A stretch of 64,000 nt of DNA from a virus. The stretch lies in IMG/VR virus record IMGVR_UViG_3300023180_006024; one strand, given 5' to 3'. The translations under genes and the position numbers were made by a program. Numbering within the stretch: the first letter of the stretch is position 1; each line of letters starts with the position of its first letter. Under the pieces are notes generated by a model. It saw only the letters and a program-made list of their open reading frames with translations, was not told where the DNA came from and made no database searches. Positions 25,996 to 36,900 of the stretch are shown here, one piece after another.

Positions 25996-27066
25996 ATGGC
26001 ACAAGACGATTCATTGATAACTGTTGTTGCTAATGCAGTAGATGATGTTGGTCAAACAACTAATGACTTTACGGTGAGAGCAAGAAATGCTATACAAAAC
26101 GCAGATACAGTTTTTAATACTTTTGCAGAAAATATCGGAATAGAACTTGGATTATCACAAGTAGTAGAAAATCTAAGAGCTGCTGCATTACCAGATTCTC
26201 CTGTATCTGCTTTTGAAAACTGTATCAATGTATTTGATAGAATAGAAGGACCAAGAATCAAAGAAGGACTTCCTACTGCTAGTGATTTTGATGAAAACAT
26301 AAGTGGATTTGAAATCTTAGAAAAAAATCTACAAAAAGCTCTTGCATCAAACTGGAGGGTAAATGGAAAAAATAAGAACATTTTAGATGCATTTGTGTTA
26401 AGTGGTTATGATTACAGCAAAGATGGATATAAAGCAGAATACAACTGGAATGTTGCATTTATAAATTATATATTAAGCAGGAGTGGCTTTCGTTATTTAA
26501 AAACCTGTCAAGTTACACCGTATGAAAACTATGGTAGATCTATACCATTTACTAAGTTTGACAAAGTTAGAAAAAATGATATTTTGGTGTTTAAAAGTGT
26601 TGATTATAAACAAGTTTTAGGTTTTGTTCAGTCATATGATCCTGCTACAAAAACATGCAGTGCTATTGTAGGTAACGCAAACAGAGATGTAAAACTTGTT
26701 AGAAATATTCCAGTTTCTGCAACCAATCCTAAACTAAAACTAGTAACGATTAGGAGAAACTGGGATATACCTGAAGCATTTGACAAACCTTTGTACAACT
26801 TTAAAAGTCCTAATAATCCAAATAATGCGCAAGATCAGTTTTCTGCAGGATTACAATCTTTAGCAGATGTAGCAAAAGATCTTCCTATACCTTTAGATTT
26901 TGGAGTAGAAACAGTAAGAAACTTAACCGAAACAGTAAACACACTTGCACCTGGCGTTGTATCTGCGGTAGAGCAAGCAACAAAACAGTTGAATAATAGT
27001 CAAATAGCAAGTGATGTAACAGCAGTAAGTAATAGTTTGAGAAACAAGTTAAGTTCACTACAATAG
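25996..27066 (+). CDS. Baseplate-associated protein with a degenerate CHAP/NlpC-P60-like (TIGR02594-like) domain
   Basis: WNVAFINYIL...YENYG...DILVF...VLGFV...IVGN aligns by eye with WCAAFVxW...GHVGF...GGNQ. Confidence 0.55.
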   Translation: MAQDDSLITVVANAVDDVGQTTNDFTVRARNAIQNADTVFNTFAENIGIELGLSQVVENLRAAALPDSPVSAFENCINVFDRIEGPRIKEGLPTASDFDENISGFEILEKNLQKALASNWRVNGKNKNILDAFVLSGYDYSKDGYKAEYNWNVAFINYILSRSGFRYLKTCQVTPYENYGRSIPFTKFDKVRKNDILVFKSVDYKQVLGFVQSYDPATKTCSAIVGNANRDVKLVRNIPVSATNPKLKLVTIRRNWDIPEAFDKPLYNFKSPNNPNNAQDQFSAGLQSLADVAKDLPIPLDFGVETVRNLTETVNTLAPGVVSAVEQATKQLNNSQIASDVTAVSNSLRNKLSSLQ

Positions 27067-27081
27067 GAAAATAAATACGTT

Positions 27082-27525
27082 ATGAGCACTTTAGAAAAAA
27101 ATCTTTATAAAAATCTACAGATTAACAATCCTAGATACAAAAATAATCCTATTGTAAATAGGAGCTATAGAGGCTTGAGTACAGTTGATCCAAACTCAAA
27201 AGATTTTGTTTTAAATGATATTGCTTTAATCAAACAAGATATTGTTAATCATTTTCATATACGTTTAGGAGAAAAGTTAGAACAGCCGGAGTTTGGAACT
27301 ATTATTTGGGATGTTATATTTGAACCGTTGACAGATGCTTTAAAAAGTGCTATTGTTAAAAATGTAACCAATATTATAAACTACGATCCTCGTGTATCAG
27401 CAAACAACATAACAGTTGATAGCTTTGAATACGGTATACAGATTTATGCAGAACTAACATTTGTTGACTATAATATTAGCGAAAAACTTCGCTTTACTTT
27501 TGATTCAAGAAACAACATCTTTTAA
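27082..27525 (+). CDS. gp25: Baseplate wedge subunit, gp25-like
   Basis: Motifs GEKLEQPEFGTIIWDVIFEP and YDPRV. ATAAATA upstream. Confidence 0.9.
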   Translation: MSTLEKNLYKNLQINNPRYKNNPIVNRSYRGLSTVDPNSKDFVLNDIALIKQDIVNHFHIRLGEKLEQPEFGTIIWDVIFEPLTDALKSAIVKNVTNIINYDPRVSANNITVDSFEYGIQIYAELTFVDYNISEKLRFTFDSRNNIF

Positions 27526-27576
27526 TGTACGCATATTATAAAATGCATAAATATTGTATTAGCCGAGGATTGCAAA

Positions 27577-30500
27577 ATGTCATCAACTGATAGACAAAAT
27601 AGATTATTACTTGCCGAAGATTGGCAAAAAATATATCAGAGTTTCAAGTACGCAGATTTCAAAAGTTACGACTTTGAAAATCTTCGTAGAACTATGATCA
27701 ACTACATTAGACAAAACTATCCAGAAGATTTTAACGATTATATTGAATCAAGTGAGTATCTTGCATTGATTGATATGATTGCATTTCTTGGGCAAAATAT
27801 TAGTTTTAGAGTAGACCTTAATGCTAGAGAAAACTTTATAGAGCTTGCTGAACGCAGAGAAAGCGTTTTACGTATGGCAAGACTTTTAAGTTACAATGTA
27901 ACTAGAAATCAAGCAGCAAAGGGTCTTTTAAAGATTTCAAGTGTCAGCACCACTGAAAATATAACAGATAGCAACGGTACAAATCTAAGCGGTAAAACAG
28001 TAAAATGGAATGACACGGTTAACACTAACTGGTACGAACAGTTTATAAAAGTTGTAAATGCATCATTGAATACAATCAATAGATTTGGTACACCAAACAA
28101 ACTTGATAATGTTGCCGGCATACCCACAGAAAAATACAAAGTAAATGTTGCAAATGGTATTTTACCAATATTCACATTTAACTCAAGTGTGAATGGTGCA
28201 GACTTAGAGTTTGAAGTTGTAAGTGCAGACATACAAGATGGCTCTATTGTAGAAGAACCGCCATTACCAGGAAATACTTTTGGTATTCTATACAAAGATA
28301 ACGGACAAGGACCAGGAAGTACACAAAGTGGATTCTTTGTAAACTTTGTTCAAGGTAGTTTACAAAAAGGAGATTTTACAGTAAACTTGCCAACACCAAA
28401 TCAAACTATTGATATTAATATTACAAATGTAAACAATAATGATGTCTGGTTATATGGACTAAATGAAAGCAATGTAGAACAAGATTTATGGACAAAAGTT
28501 GAAGCAGTAGAAGGCAACAATATAATCTATAACAGTGTTTCTAAAGGTATTAGAAACATATTCAGTGTATTGACACGTAGCGAAGACAGAATAAGTCTAA
28601 TATTCAGTGATGGAACATTTGGAGAACTTCCAAAAGGCACATTTAGATCTTATTATCGTAGAAGTGCAAATAGAGATTTTGACATTTTACCTGCTGATAT
28701 AAAAAATGTTACTTTGCGTATTCCTTATACAAGTTCAAAAGGCAGAGTTGAAACAATGATCATTGTTGCAGATCTTGCTTCTCCTGTATACACAGCTACA
28801 AGCACAGAATCAACAGACAGTATTAAAACAAACGCACCAAGTACATATTATACACAAAACAGACTTATTACAGGTGAAGATTATAATGTAGGACCTTTAG
28901 GTGTAAGTCAAGAGATTATAAAAATTAAATCTATTAATAGAACCAGCAGCGGTATTAATAGATATTATGATTTGACTGACGCTACAGGAAAATATAGCAC
29001 AACAAATCTATTTGCTGATGATGGTATTCTTTATAAAGAAACTATTAACAAAGTTGATGCATTTGATTTTTTAACACGAACAGATATCGAAGCTATTATT
29101 AACAACAAAATAACAAGCATATTAGCTGATAATAATATTAGAAACTTTTATTTAAGCGAGTTTACTGAGCAAAACTACACTGAATTAAATCTAAAATGGA
29201 ATCAAGAAACATACGATTCTTCGTCTAGCTCTGGTTACATCACTGATGGAGATATAAACTTTGCAGTTTCAACCGCAACATCAGGGCCATTAAAATACGT
29301 AGAGCCTGGTGCATTGGTTAAGTTTACTCCGCCTGAAGGATATTATTTTGACAAAGATAATAAAATAGTGTTTGGCACTCCTGCTAACTTAGGAGACAAA
29401 ACAGAAATATGGACTAAAGTTATAAATGTTTACGATACAGGAACAAGTGTAACAGATGCAGGACTTGGAGGTATACTTTTAGATGATTTTGTGCCAACTG
29501 ATGCTGTTTTAAATAGTTTAAAAATTAAATATGTTAGAGATATTATTGATGATGTAAAAAATCAAATGATTGATCAAGTATTTTCTTATAAAACATTTGG
29601 ATTGCGTTACGATCTTGTTGACAGGCAATGGAAAGTAATCTTACAAGAAGATTTAAATGTTTTAGGAGATTTTAGTCTAGGTCTGGCAGGTGACGTTACT
29701 GGGCAAAAACTAGATTCTAGTTGGGTTGTCTTATTTGAAACTAACGGAGACACCTACAATATAACCTATCGTACAATAAGATATATTTTTGAAAGCAAAA
29801 GTCAAACAAGATTCTATTTTGATAATAACAAAAAAATCTATGATAGTAAAACAGGAAAGATCATAAGAGACAAAGTTTCTGTTTTAAATATCAACAGAGA
29901 TTTGTACAGTGAAGGAACAACATCTCCTTTTACAGTTGACTATGATTGGGCTATTAGCAGCGAGTTTAGAGACTTAAACGGTTATGTAGATAGTAAAAAA
30001 GTTGAAGTTATTTTCTTTGATAATGACGACGACGGTGTTGTAGACAATCCAGAAATATTTGAAAAGATTGTTACATTTGGAGATACAGATTATATCTTTT
30101 TGAAAAAAGTTGCCTATGCAGATAGCGAGTTTTACCAATATTGCGATGATGTTATTACTGTTGGTACTCCAGATGCAACAGTCGACGGTGTTTGGTACGA
30201 TGCAAATAATGATACTTTTTATTCTACAAATAGCAGTACAAGAAAAGTTACAGAACTCACTGGATATAAAGCGTTCAGAGGACGTGATAATCTAAAGTTC
30301 CAATATGTACATGCCAGTGATGAAAATGCACGTATAGATCCTAGCAGCAGTAATATTATAGATCTTTTTGTATTAACAAAAACATATGATACATTATTTA
30401 GACAATATTTGATTGGTAATGTGGCATCAATGCCATTGCCACAAAGCAGCGATAGTCTTTACAGAGATTACGGCGAATCAATCAATGCAATCAAAAGTAT

Positions 30501-30981
30501 CAGCGATGAAGTAATATACCATCCTGTAAAGTACAAAGTACTGTTTGGCGATAAGGCAGAAAATGCATTGAAAGCAACATTTAAAATAGTAAAATCAAAA
30601 GAGCGTGTTACAAATGATAATGATATTAAGTCAAGAGTTATTGAAGCAGTAAATCAATATTTTGCTTTAGAAAACTGGGACTTTGGAGAAACATTTTACT
30701 GGAGTGAACTTTCTGCATATATAATGAACAGTTTGTCACCTGATATTACCAGTATTGTTATTGTTCCTAATGATAGCACTAGTGCATTTGGTAGTTTATT
30801 TGAAGTAAACAGTGAAAGCGATGAGTTGTTTATTAGCGGCGCAACTGTGGCAGACGTTGAAATCATTACAGCAAATACAGCAGAAAAACTCAAATCTCAA
30901 GGAAATCTAGTAACAGATACTTCAAACACAACAGCTGGAATACAAAGCACCACTAATATAATAGTAGGTGGAGGATATTAA
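27577..30981 (+). CDS. gp6: Baseplate wedge subunit, gp6-like (extended)
   Basis: Motifs DFENLR, AERRESVLRMARLLSY, FSDGTFG and ESTDSIKTNAP...QNRLITGEDY. Confidence 0.88.
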   Translation: MSSTDRQNRLLLAEDWQKIYQSFKYADFKSYDFENLRRTMINYIRQNYPEDFNDYIESSEYLALIDMIAFLGQNISFRVDLNARENFIELAERRESVLRMARLLSYNVTRNQAAKGLLKISSVSTTENITDSNGTNLSGKTVKWNDTVNTNWYEQFIKVVNASLNTINRFGTPNKLDNVAGIPTEKYKVNVANGILPIFTFNSSVNGADLEFEVVSADIQDGSIVEEPPLPGNTFGILYKDNGQGPGSTQSGFFVNFVQGSLQKGDFTVNLPTPNQTIDINITNVNNNDVWLYGLNESNVEQDLWTKVEAVEGNNIIYNSVSKGIRNIFSVLTRSEDRISLIFSDGTFGELPKGTFRSYYRRSANRDFDILPADIKNVTLRIPYTSSKGRVETMIIVADLASPVYTATSTESTDSIKTNAPSTYYTQNRLITGEDYNVGPLGVSQEIIKIKSINRTSSGINRYYDLTDATGKYSTTNLFADDGILYKETINKVDAFDFLTRTDIEAIINNKITSILADNNIRNFYLSEFTEQNYTELNLKWNQETYDSSSSSGYITDGDINFAVSTATSGPLKYVEPGALVKFTPPEGYYFDKDNKIVFGTPANLGDKTEIWTKVINVYDTGTSVTDAGLGGILLDDFVPTDAVLNSLKIKYVRDIIDDVKNQMIDQVFSYKTFGLRYDLVDRQWKVILQEDLNVLGDFSLGLAGDVTGQKLDSSWVVLFETNGDTYNITYRTIRYIFESKSQTRFYFDNNKKIYDSKTGKIIRDKVSVLNINRDLYSEGTTSPFTVDYDWAISSEFRDLNGYVDSKKVEVIFFDNDDDGVVDNPEIFEKIVTFGDTDYIFLKKVAYADSEFYQYCDDVITVGTPDATVDGVWYDANNDTFYSTNSSTRKVTELTGYKAFRGRDNLKFQYVHASDENARIDPSSSNIIDLFVLTKTYDTLFRQYLIGNVASMPLPQSSDSLYRDYGESINAIKSISDEVIYHPVKYKVLFGDKAENALKATFKIVKSKERVTNDNDIKSRVIEAVNQYFALENWDFGETFYWSELSAYIMNSLSPDITSIVIVPNDSTSAFGSLFEVNSESDELFISGATVADVEIITANTAEKLKSQGNLVTDTSNTTAGIQSTTNIIVGGGY

Positions 30982-33900
30982 TGGCATACGAAAAAAATCA
31001 AAACGAATCACCTATTCCTACAGACGAAAACTTTACAAGAACAGCTAGTGAGTTTCTTCCTAAGTATTTTAGAACTGATACAAACAAAAAGTTTCTACAA
31101 TCTAGTATAGATCAGATGATTAGTTCTGGAACACTTGAAAAACTGAATAGTTTTGCAGGTAGAAGATATGCAAGAGCAACAAAAGTTGATGATGCATTTT
31201 ATCCAGATGTAACAGAAACAAGAGAAAATTATCAGTTTGAAACAAGCACTGTTATTAAAGATACTTTAGATAATGTGACGTTTTTTGGTGATTATATTGA
31301 TTATTTAGGAGCCTTAAAGTACTATGGTGTGGATACAACAAATCATAATATTTTGAATAAGCAACAAAGTTATAGTTTAGATAGCCATATTGATTGGGAT
31401 AAGTTTACAAACTTTAGAGAATATTATTGGTTACCACTAGGGCCAAAACGTATAACAGTAGTTGGACAAAGTAAAAGCGTACAAAGTACATATAAGATTA
31501 CTACTAGTAATCAAGATGACAACACAACTTATGTGTTTACACCTAATGGATTTACTAATAATCCAACGATCACCCTTTACAAAGAACAAACATATCGTTT
31601 TGAAATCAATGCACCTGGGCACGGGTTTGCATTTACTTATAATAGAAATGTTGAAGATTTAAATCCTACAAATGAAATAGAACAAAATAATCTTTCAAGG
31701 ATATACACAAAAGGTATTAAAAAGTTTGTCTATGATAGCGAAGGAAAACTAGCAGAAACTGATTTAGATTACATTGAAAATGGTGTTATTGAATGGACTG
31801 TACCTGTAGATGTACCTGAAGATTTATATTACATAAGCGAAACAGATATTAATACAAGTGGTATTGTGTTAAGTAAAGATATCACAGAAAACAGCGAAAT
31901 CAATGTTGAAGAAGAAATACTAGGTAAAAAAACATACACAACAAGCAACGGTATTAAGTTGTCAAATGGTATGAAAGTTAGATTTGCCGGCAGTGTTACA
32001 CCCGAACAGTATGCAGATGGTGAATGGTTTATTGAAGGTGTAGGAGATAGCATCAGAATAATCAATCAGCAAGATCTTGAAGTTCCTGCTGTATTTACTG
32101 ACGAAATTGAAGTTCCTTTTGACACGTTCAACTTTGACGATGTGCCATTTGAAAATGCTGATAGTTATCCAGCTGTACAAGATTATATTGTGATTAATAG
32201 AGGCAGTGCTGACAGAAATCCTTGGAGTAGATATAATCGTTGGTTCCACAGAGATGTGATTATTGCATCAGCTGAAGCGAACAATGCAGATCCTGAGTTA
32301 GACGAAGTTTCAAGAGGCAAACGTCCTATTATTGAGTTTGATGCAGGACTGAAACTTTGGAATCACGGAAATAAAACAAAACAAAATATCAATCTTGTTG
32401 ATACATTCACAACTGATGTTTTTAGTACAATAGAAGGTAGCTTGGGTTACAGTATTGATGGTGTCGAAGTAACTAACGGTATGCGTGTAATGTTTACAGC
32501 AGATCCTGATAGTTTTGTAAATGGAAAAATATATATTGTAAACTTTATAGAACATAATGGTAGAACTCAGATTAGTCTTGTTCCATCAACTGATTCAGAT
32601 CCTGCAGAAGGCGACACAGTACTAGTTACTGGTGGAACAGAATACAAAGGAAAAATGTTTTTCTATGACGGAGATAAATGGAATCTAAGTCAAGAAAAAA
32701 CAAAAGTTAATCAAGCACCATTATTTGATTTATTTGATAAAAATGAAACAAACTTAAATGATACTGTTTATTATCCTACAAGTAGTTTTAGAGGAAATAA
32801 AGTATTCAGTTATGCTCAGGGCACCGGTGCTAATGATAGTATTCTAGGTTTTCCATTAAAATATAGAAACATTAATAATATCGGCGATATTGTTTTTGAT
32901 TTTAATCTTTTATCTGAAACTATTTCCTATCAAGACGAACTACAAAACGATTTTACTGTTAACAGTGACGTATTATTTTTAAAAAAATACAACTACACTG
33001 GCGATACTTTCGAATATAAAAATGCCTGGACAAAAAGTAGTGCTCAAACTATCCAGCCGGTTATATTACAATACAATAATATGTTAAACAACTTTCCTAT
33101 TGATTGTTTTAATAATGCAGGTAATTTAGACGATTTGTTTATCAAACTTTTTGTCAATGGAACAAAAAGAAATGATTACACTATTACAAAAAGAAATGGA
33201 TTAGCATTTGTCACACTTGACACTGATCTTGAATCAGCAGAACTTGTTGTTGTAAAATGTTATAGTAATGCGCCAAAAAATAATAATGGTGTGTATGAGA
33301 TACCTCTTAACTATGAAAGAAATCCATTAAATGAAAATATAACAACATTTACTTTAGGAGAAGTAAATGATCATGTTAAAACTATAACTGATTTCCATCC
33401 AGAGTTTGCAGGCGATGCACTTGGTGTTAATAACTTGAGAGATCTAGGCCCACTAAGTCCGTATGGCAGATTATTAATGCAACACGAAGGTCCTCTAAAT
33501 CTTCCATTATTCCATCTTGTTTCAAAACAATACAATGCTGTTAAAGGCTTAGATGTTGCGAGGAAAAGTTATAATACATTTATAAGAAGCTTCTTAAGAG
33601 AAGCAGAAAAAAATGCTTTTTCTGGTAGTGTAAAAGAACATGTTGATTTTATTTTACAAGAAATAAACAAAGATAAAAGTCCTACACAAAATTTTTATAC
33701 ATCTGATATGGTTCCTTTTGGAGGATATACAGTTGAACAACATGATATAGATTTTAATGGACCGACATATATTGCGTTAAAGAAAACATTTACATTAGAT
33801 TCTCTAAGTAATAAAGCAGTACTTGTTTACAGAAATGATGTGCAGTTAGTACACAATAAAGATTATACTTTCAGTGACGGGTTTGTGTATATTAGTATAG

Positions 33901-36900
33901 ATTTAGTACAGAATGATGTTATTAAAATATTTGAGTATGAAAACACAAATGGAAGTTTTGTTGCACCTACTCCTGTGAAGTTGGGATTATTACCTGCATA
34001 CGAACCAGAGAAATATATTGATAACACCTATTTAGAATCAAAAACTGTTATTCAAGGACACGATGGTAGTATTACAGTTGGATATGACGATTATAGAGAC
34101 GATCTTTTATTAGAACTTGAAAAAAGAATATACAATAATATAAAAGTAAAATATGATGCTGACATACTTAATGTATATGATTTTATACCAGGATACGATA
34201 GAACAACTAACTTTAGTAAAAATGACATTGATGCATTAATGCTTGGAGGTTTTAGCGAGTGGTTATCTTTTGCAAACAATTTTGATTATACAAAAAATAA
34301 TACAATCGAAGGTAATGGATTTACTTATAACTATAGTAGTACCAACGACTTTGCTGATAAAACTCTAAAAGGTTCGTGGAGAAATGTTTATAAAACATAC
34401 TACGATACAGACAGACCGCATACACATCCTTGGGAAATGTTAGGATTTACTGTAAAGCCAACTTGGTGGAATGAAGTTTATGGTCCAGCACCTTATACAG
34501 GAGATAACTTTGTTTTATGGCAGGATTTAGAAAAAGGTATTGTTAGAGAGCCAAACAAACCTATTGTTGTAAAAGACAAATTTAAAAGAACCAACTTAAC
34601 AAAACATATTCCTACTGATCAATATGGCAGACTTTTAGATCCAACTGCTAGTGGTTTGGCAAAAGGAACACTATTAAAAACTGTAAAAAATCCTTTTGTT
34701 TATGGAGATCAAAGTCCTGCAGAAACAGCTTGGAGAAGAAGCAGCGATTTTAGATTTAGTTTATTACGAGCTTGGATGCTATTAAGTCCTGCAAAAGTTT
34801 TTGGTTTAGGATTTGACAGAAGTAGAATCACAAAAGATATTGTTGGAAATATTGTGTGGAGTGATACACAAAAGCGTGTAAAGCTGCAAGACATTGTTGT
34901 GCCTATGATAAAAAGTGATATGCAATATTTGACAGCAGGCATTATAAACTATGTAACTGCAAATATTAGCACTCGTATTGATACAAAACTTTCTGATTAT
35001 AAAGATGAACTTGCAAAGATTAAAAACCAACTAAGCATAAGATTAGGTGGTTTTGCAGATAAAGATAAAATCAAACTGGTACTCGATAGCAGAAGTCCTT
35101 TAAATAAAACAAGTGTGTTTGTACCAGATGAAAACTACAAAATATTCTTAAACAAAAGTTCAGTACAAGATATACCTTCTATTTCAGGAATGATCATTGA
35201 ACAACTAAAAAATGCAGATGGCGAATCAACTGGTTTTACTATTAGAGGTTACGATATTGAAAATCCTGTGTTTAACTATTATCCTCATATTCCGCAGTTT
35301 AACGATCCTGGAATAACAGTTGGCGGTATTAGTGAAAGTTATGTAAACTGGGGTACAGATCAACTATACACTAAAGGCACAGTTGTATTTTATTCAGGTA
35401 GATACTATAGAGCATCTATTACACATACCAGCGGTAATAGTTTTGATAACGAAAACTTTGTTGGACTATCCAAGTTGCCTGAAGTTGGCGGCATTGGAGC
35501 ACAGATAAGAAAAGTATTTGATTATTCAAATCCACAAAAAATATATTATGGAGCATATTTTTCTAGCGTTCAAGAAGTAGTAGATTTTATGTGTGGCTAT
35601 GAAGCATACTTAAAACAACAAGGATTTATTTTTAATAACGTAAGCGATGCAGGTGTTCTTGAAGATATGACACTTTGTATTAAAGAGTTTTTGTTTTTCA
35701 ACACACAAAACTGGGATCAAGGTGCAGTAATCAGCACAAGTCCTGTTGCAAATAAACTTACATTCTTTAGAGATTATTTTGGTGTTGATGATATTTACGA
35801 ACCGTTTTACAACTATAACTTGTTAGGTGGAAACGGACAAAAAATTGAACCAGCATTTGTAAACCTGTTTAGAGACAACACAGACTTTAATGTTCAGTCA
35901 TTAGGCGAAGGTGTTTACCTTGCTAAACTACCTTTAATACAAACCGAACATGTTATTCTAATAGACAACGAAACAGTATTCAATGATGTTATATACGACA
36001 CAATACCTGGATACAAACAAGAAAGAATAAAAGTTGTAGGGTATAGGACAGATTTTTGGGATGGTACACTTAATGTTCCAGGATTCTTCTATGACGAAGC
36101 AAAAGTAGTAGAATGGACACCAAACACTGATTATACTGTTGGCGATCTAGTAAAGTTTAAACAGTTTTACTATTCTAATGTAACTGGTCATACAAGCGGA
36201 GAAACTTTTGACAGTAGCCAATGGACACTATTAAGCAGTAGACCACAAGACCAACTATTTCCTAACTGGGATTATAAAGCAAAACAGTTTGCTGATTTCT
36301 ACGATTTAGACACTGATAACTTTGATGCGGAGCAACAAAGATTAGGTCAGCACTTAATAGGTTACCAAAAAAGAGATTATCTAAATAATATTATTACAGA
36401 TGCAACAAGTCAGTACAAGTTTTATCAAGGATTTATCCAAGATAAAGGAACAAAAAATGCACTTACAAAACTATTTGATCCATTGAGTAGTGCAAATGCA
36501 GATAGTATTGAGTTTTTTGAAGAATGGGCATTACGTCTAGGACAATACGGTGCAATAGATAATATAGAAGAAGTTGAGTATGTTTTAGACGATAAAAAGT
36601 TTAAGACAGAACCACAAATAGTTGAACTAGTTCAAAATAAAACACCAGCAAGAACTGATCTTACATTTGAAATAGCAGATTTTGAAGTATATGCAAAACC
36701 TTTAGGTTATAACCATAAACCATTTACTGTTAGAAATGATAATGAAATATACACAAGAGATGCTGGTTATGTTAGAGACAAAGATGTAGACTATAGTGTT
36801 GCATCTTATGACGATTTAGCAAAACTAGATATTGAAAGCGTAAAAATAGGCGATAATATCTGGGTGCAAAAAATAAAACAATCTTGGACAGTTTTACAAA

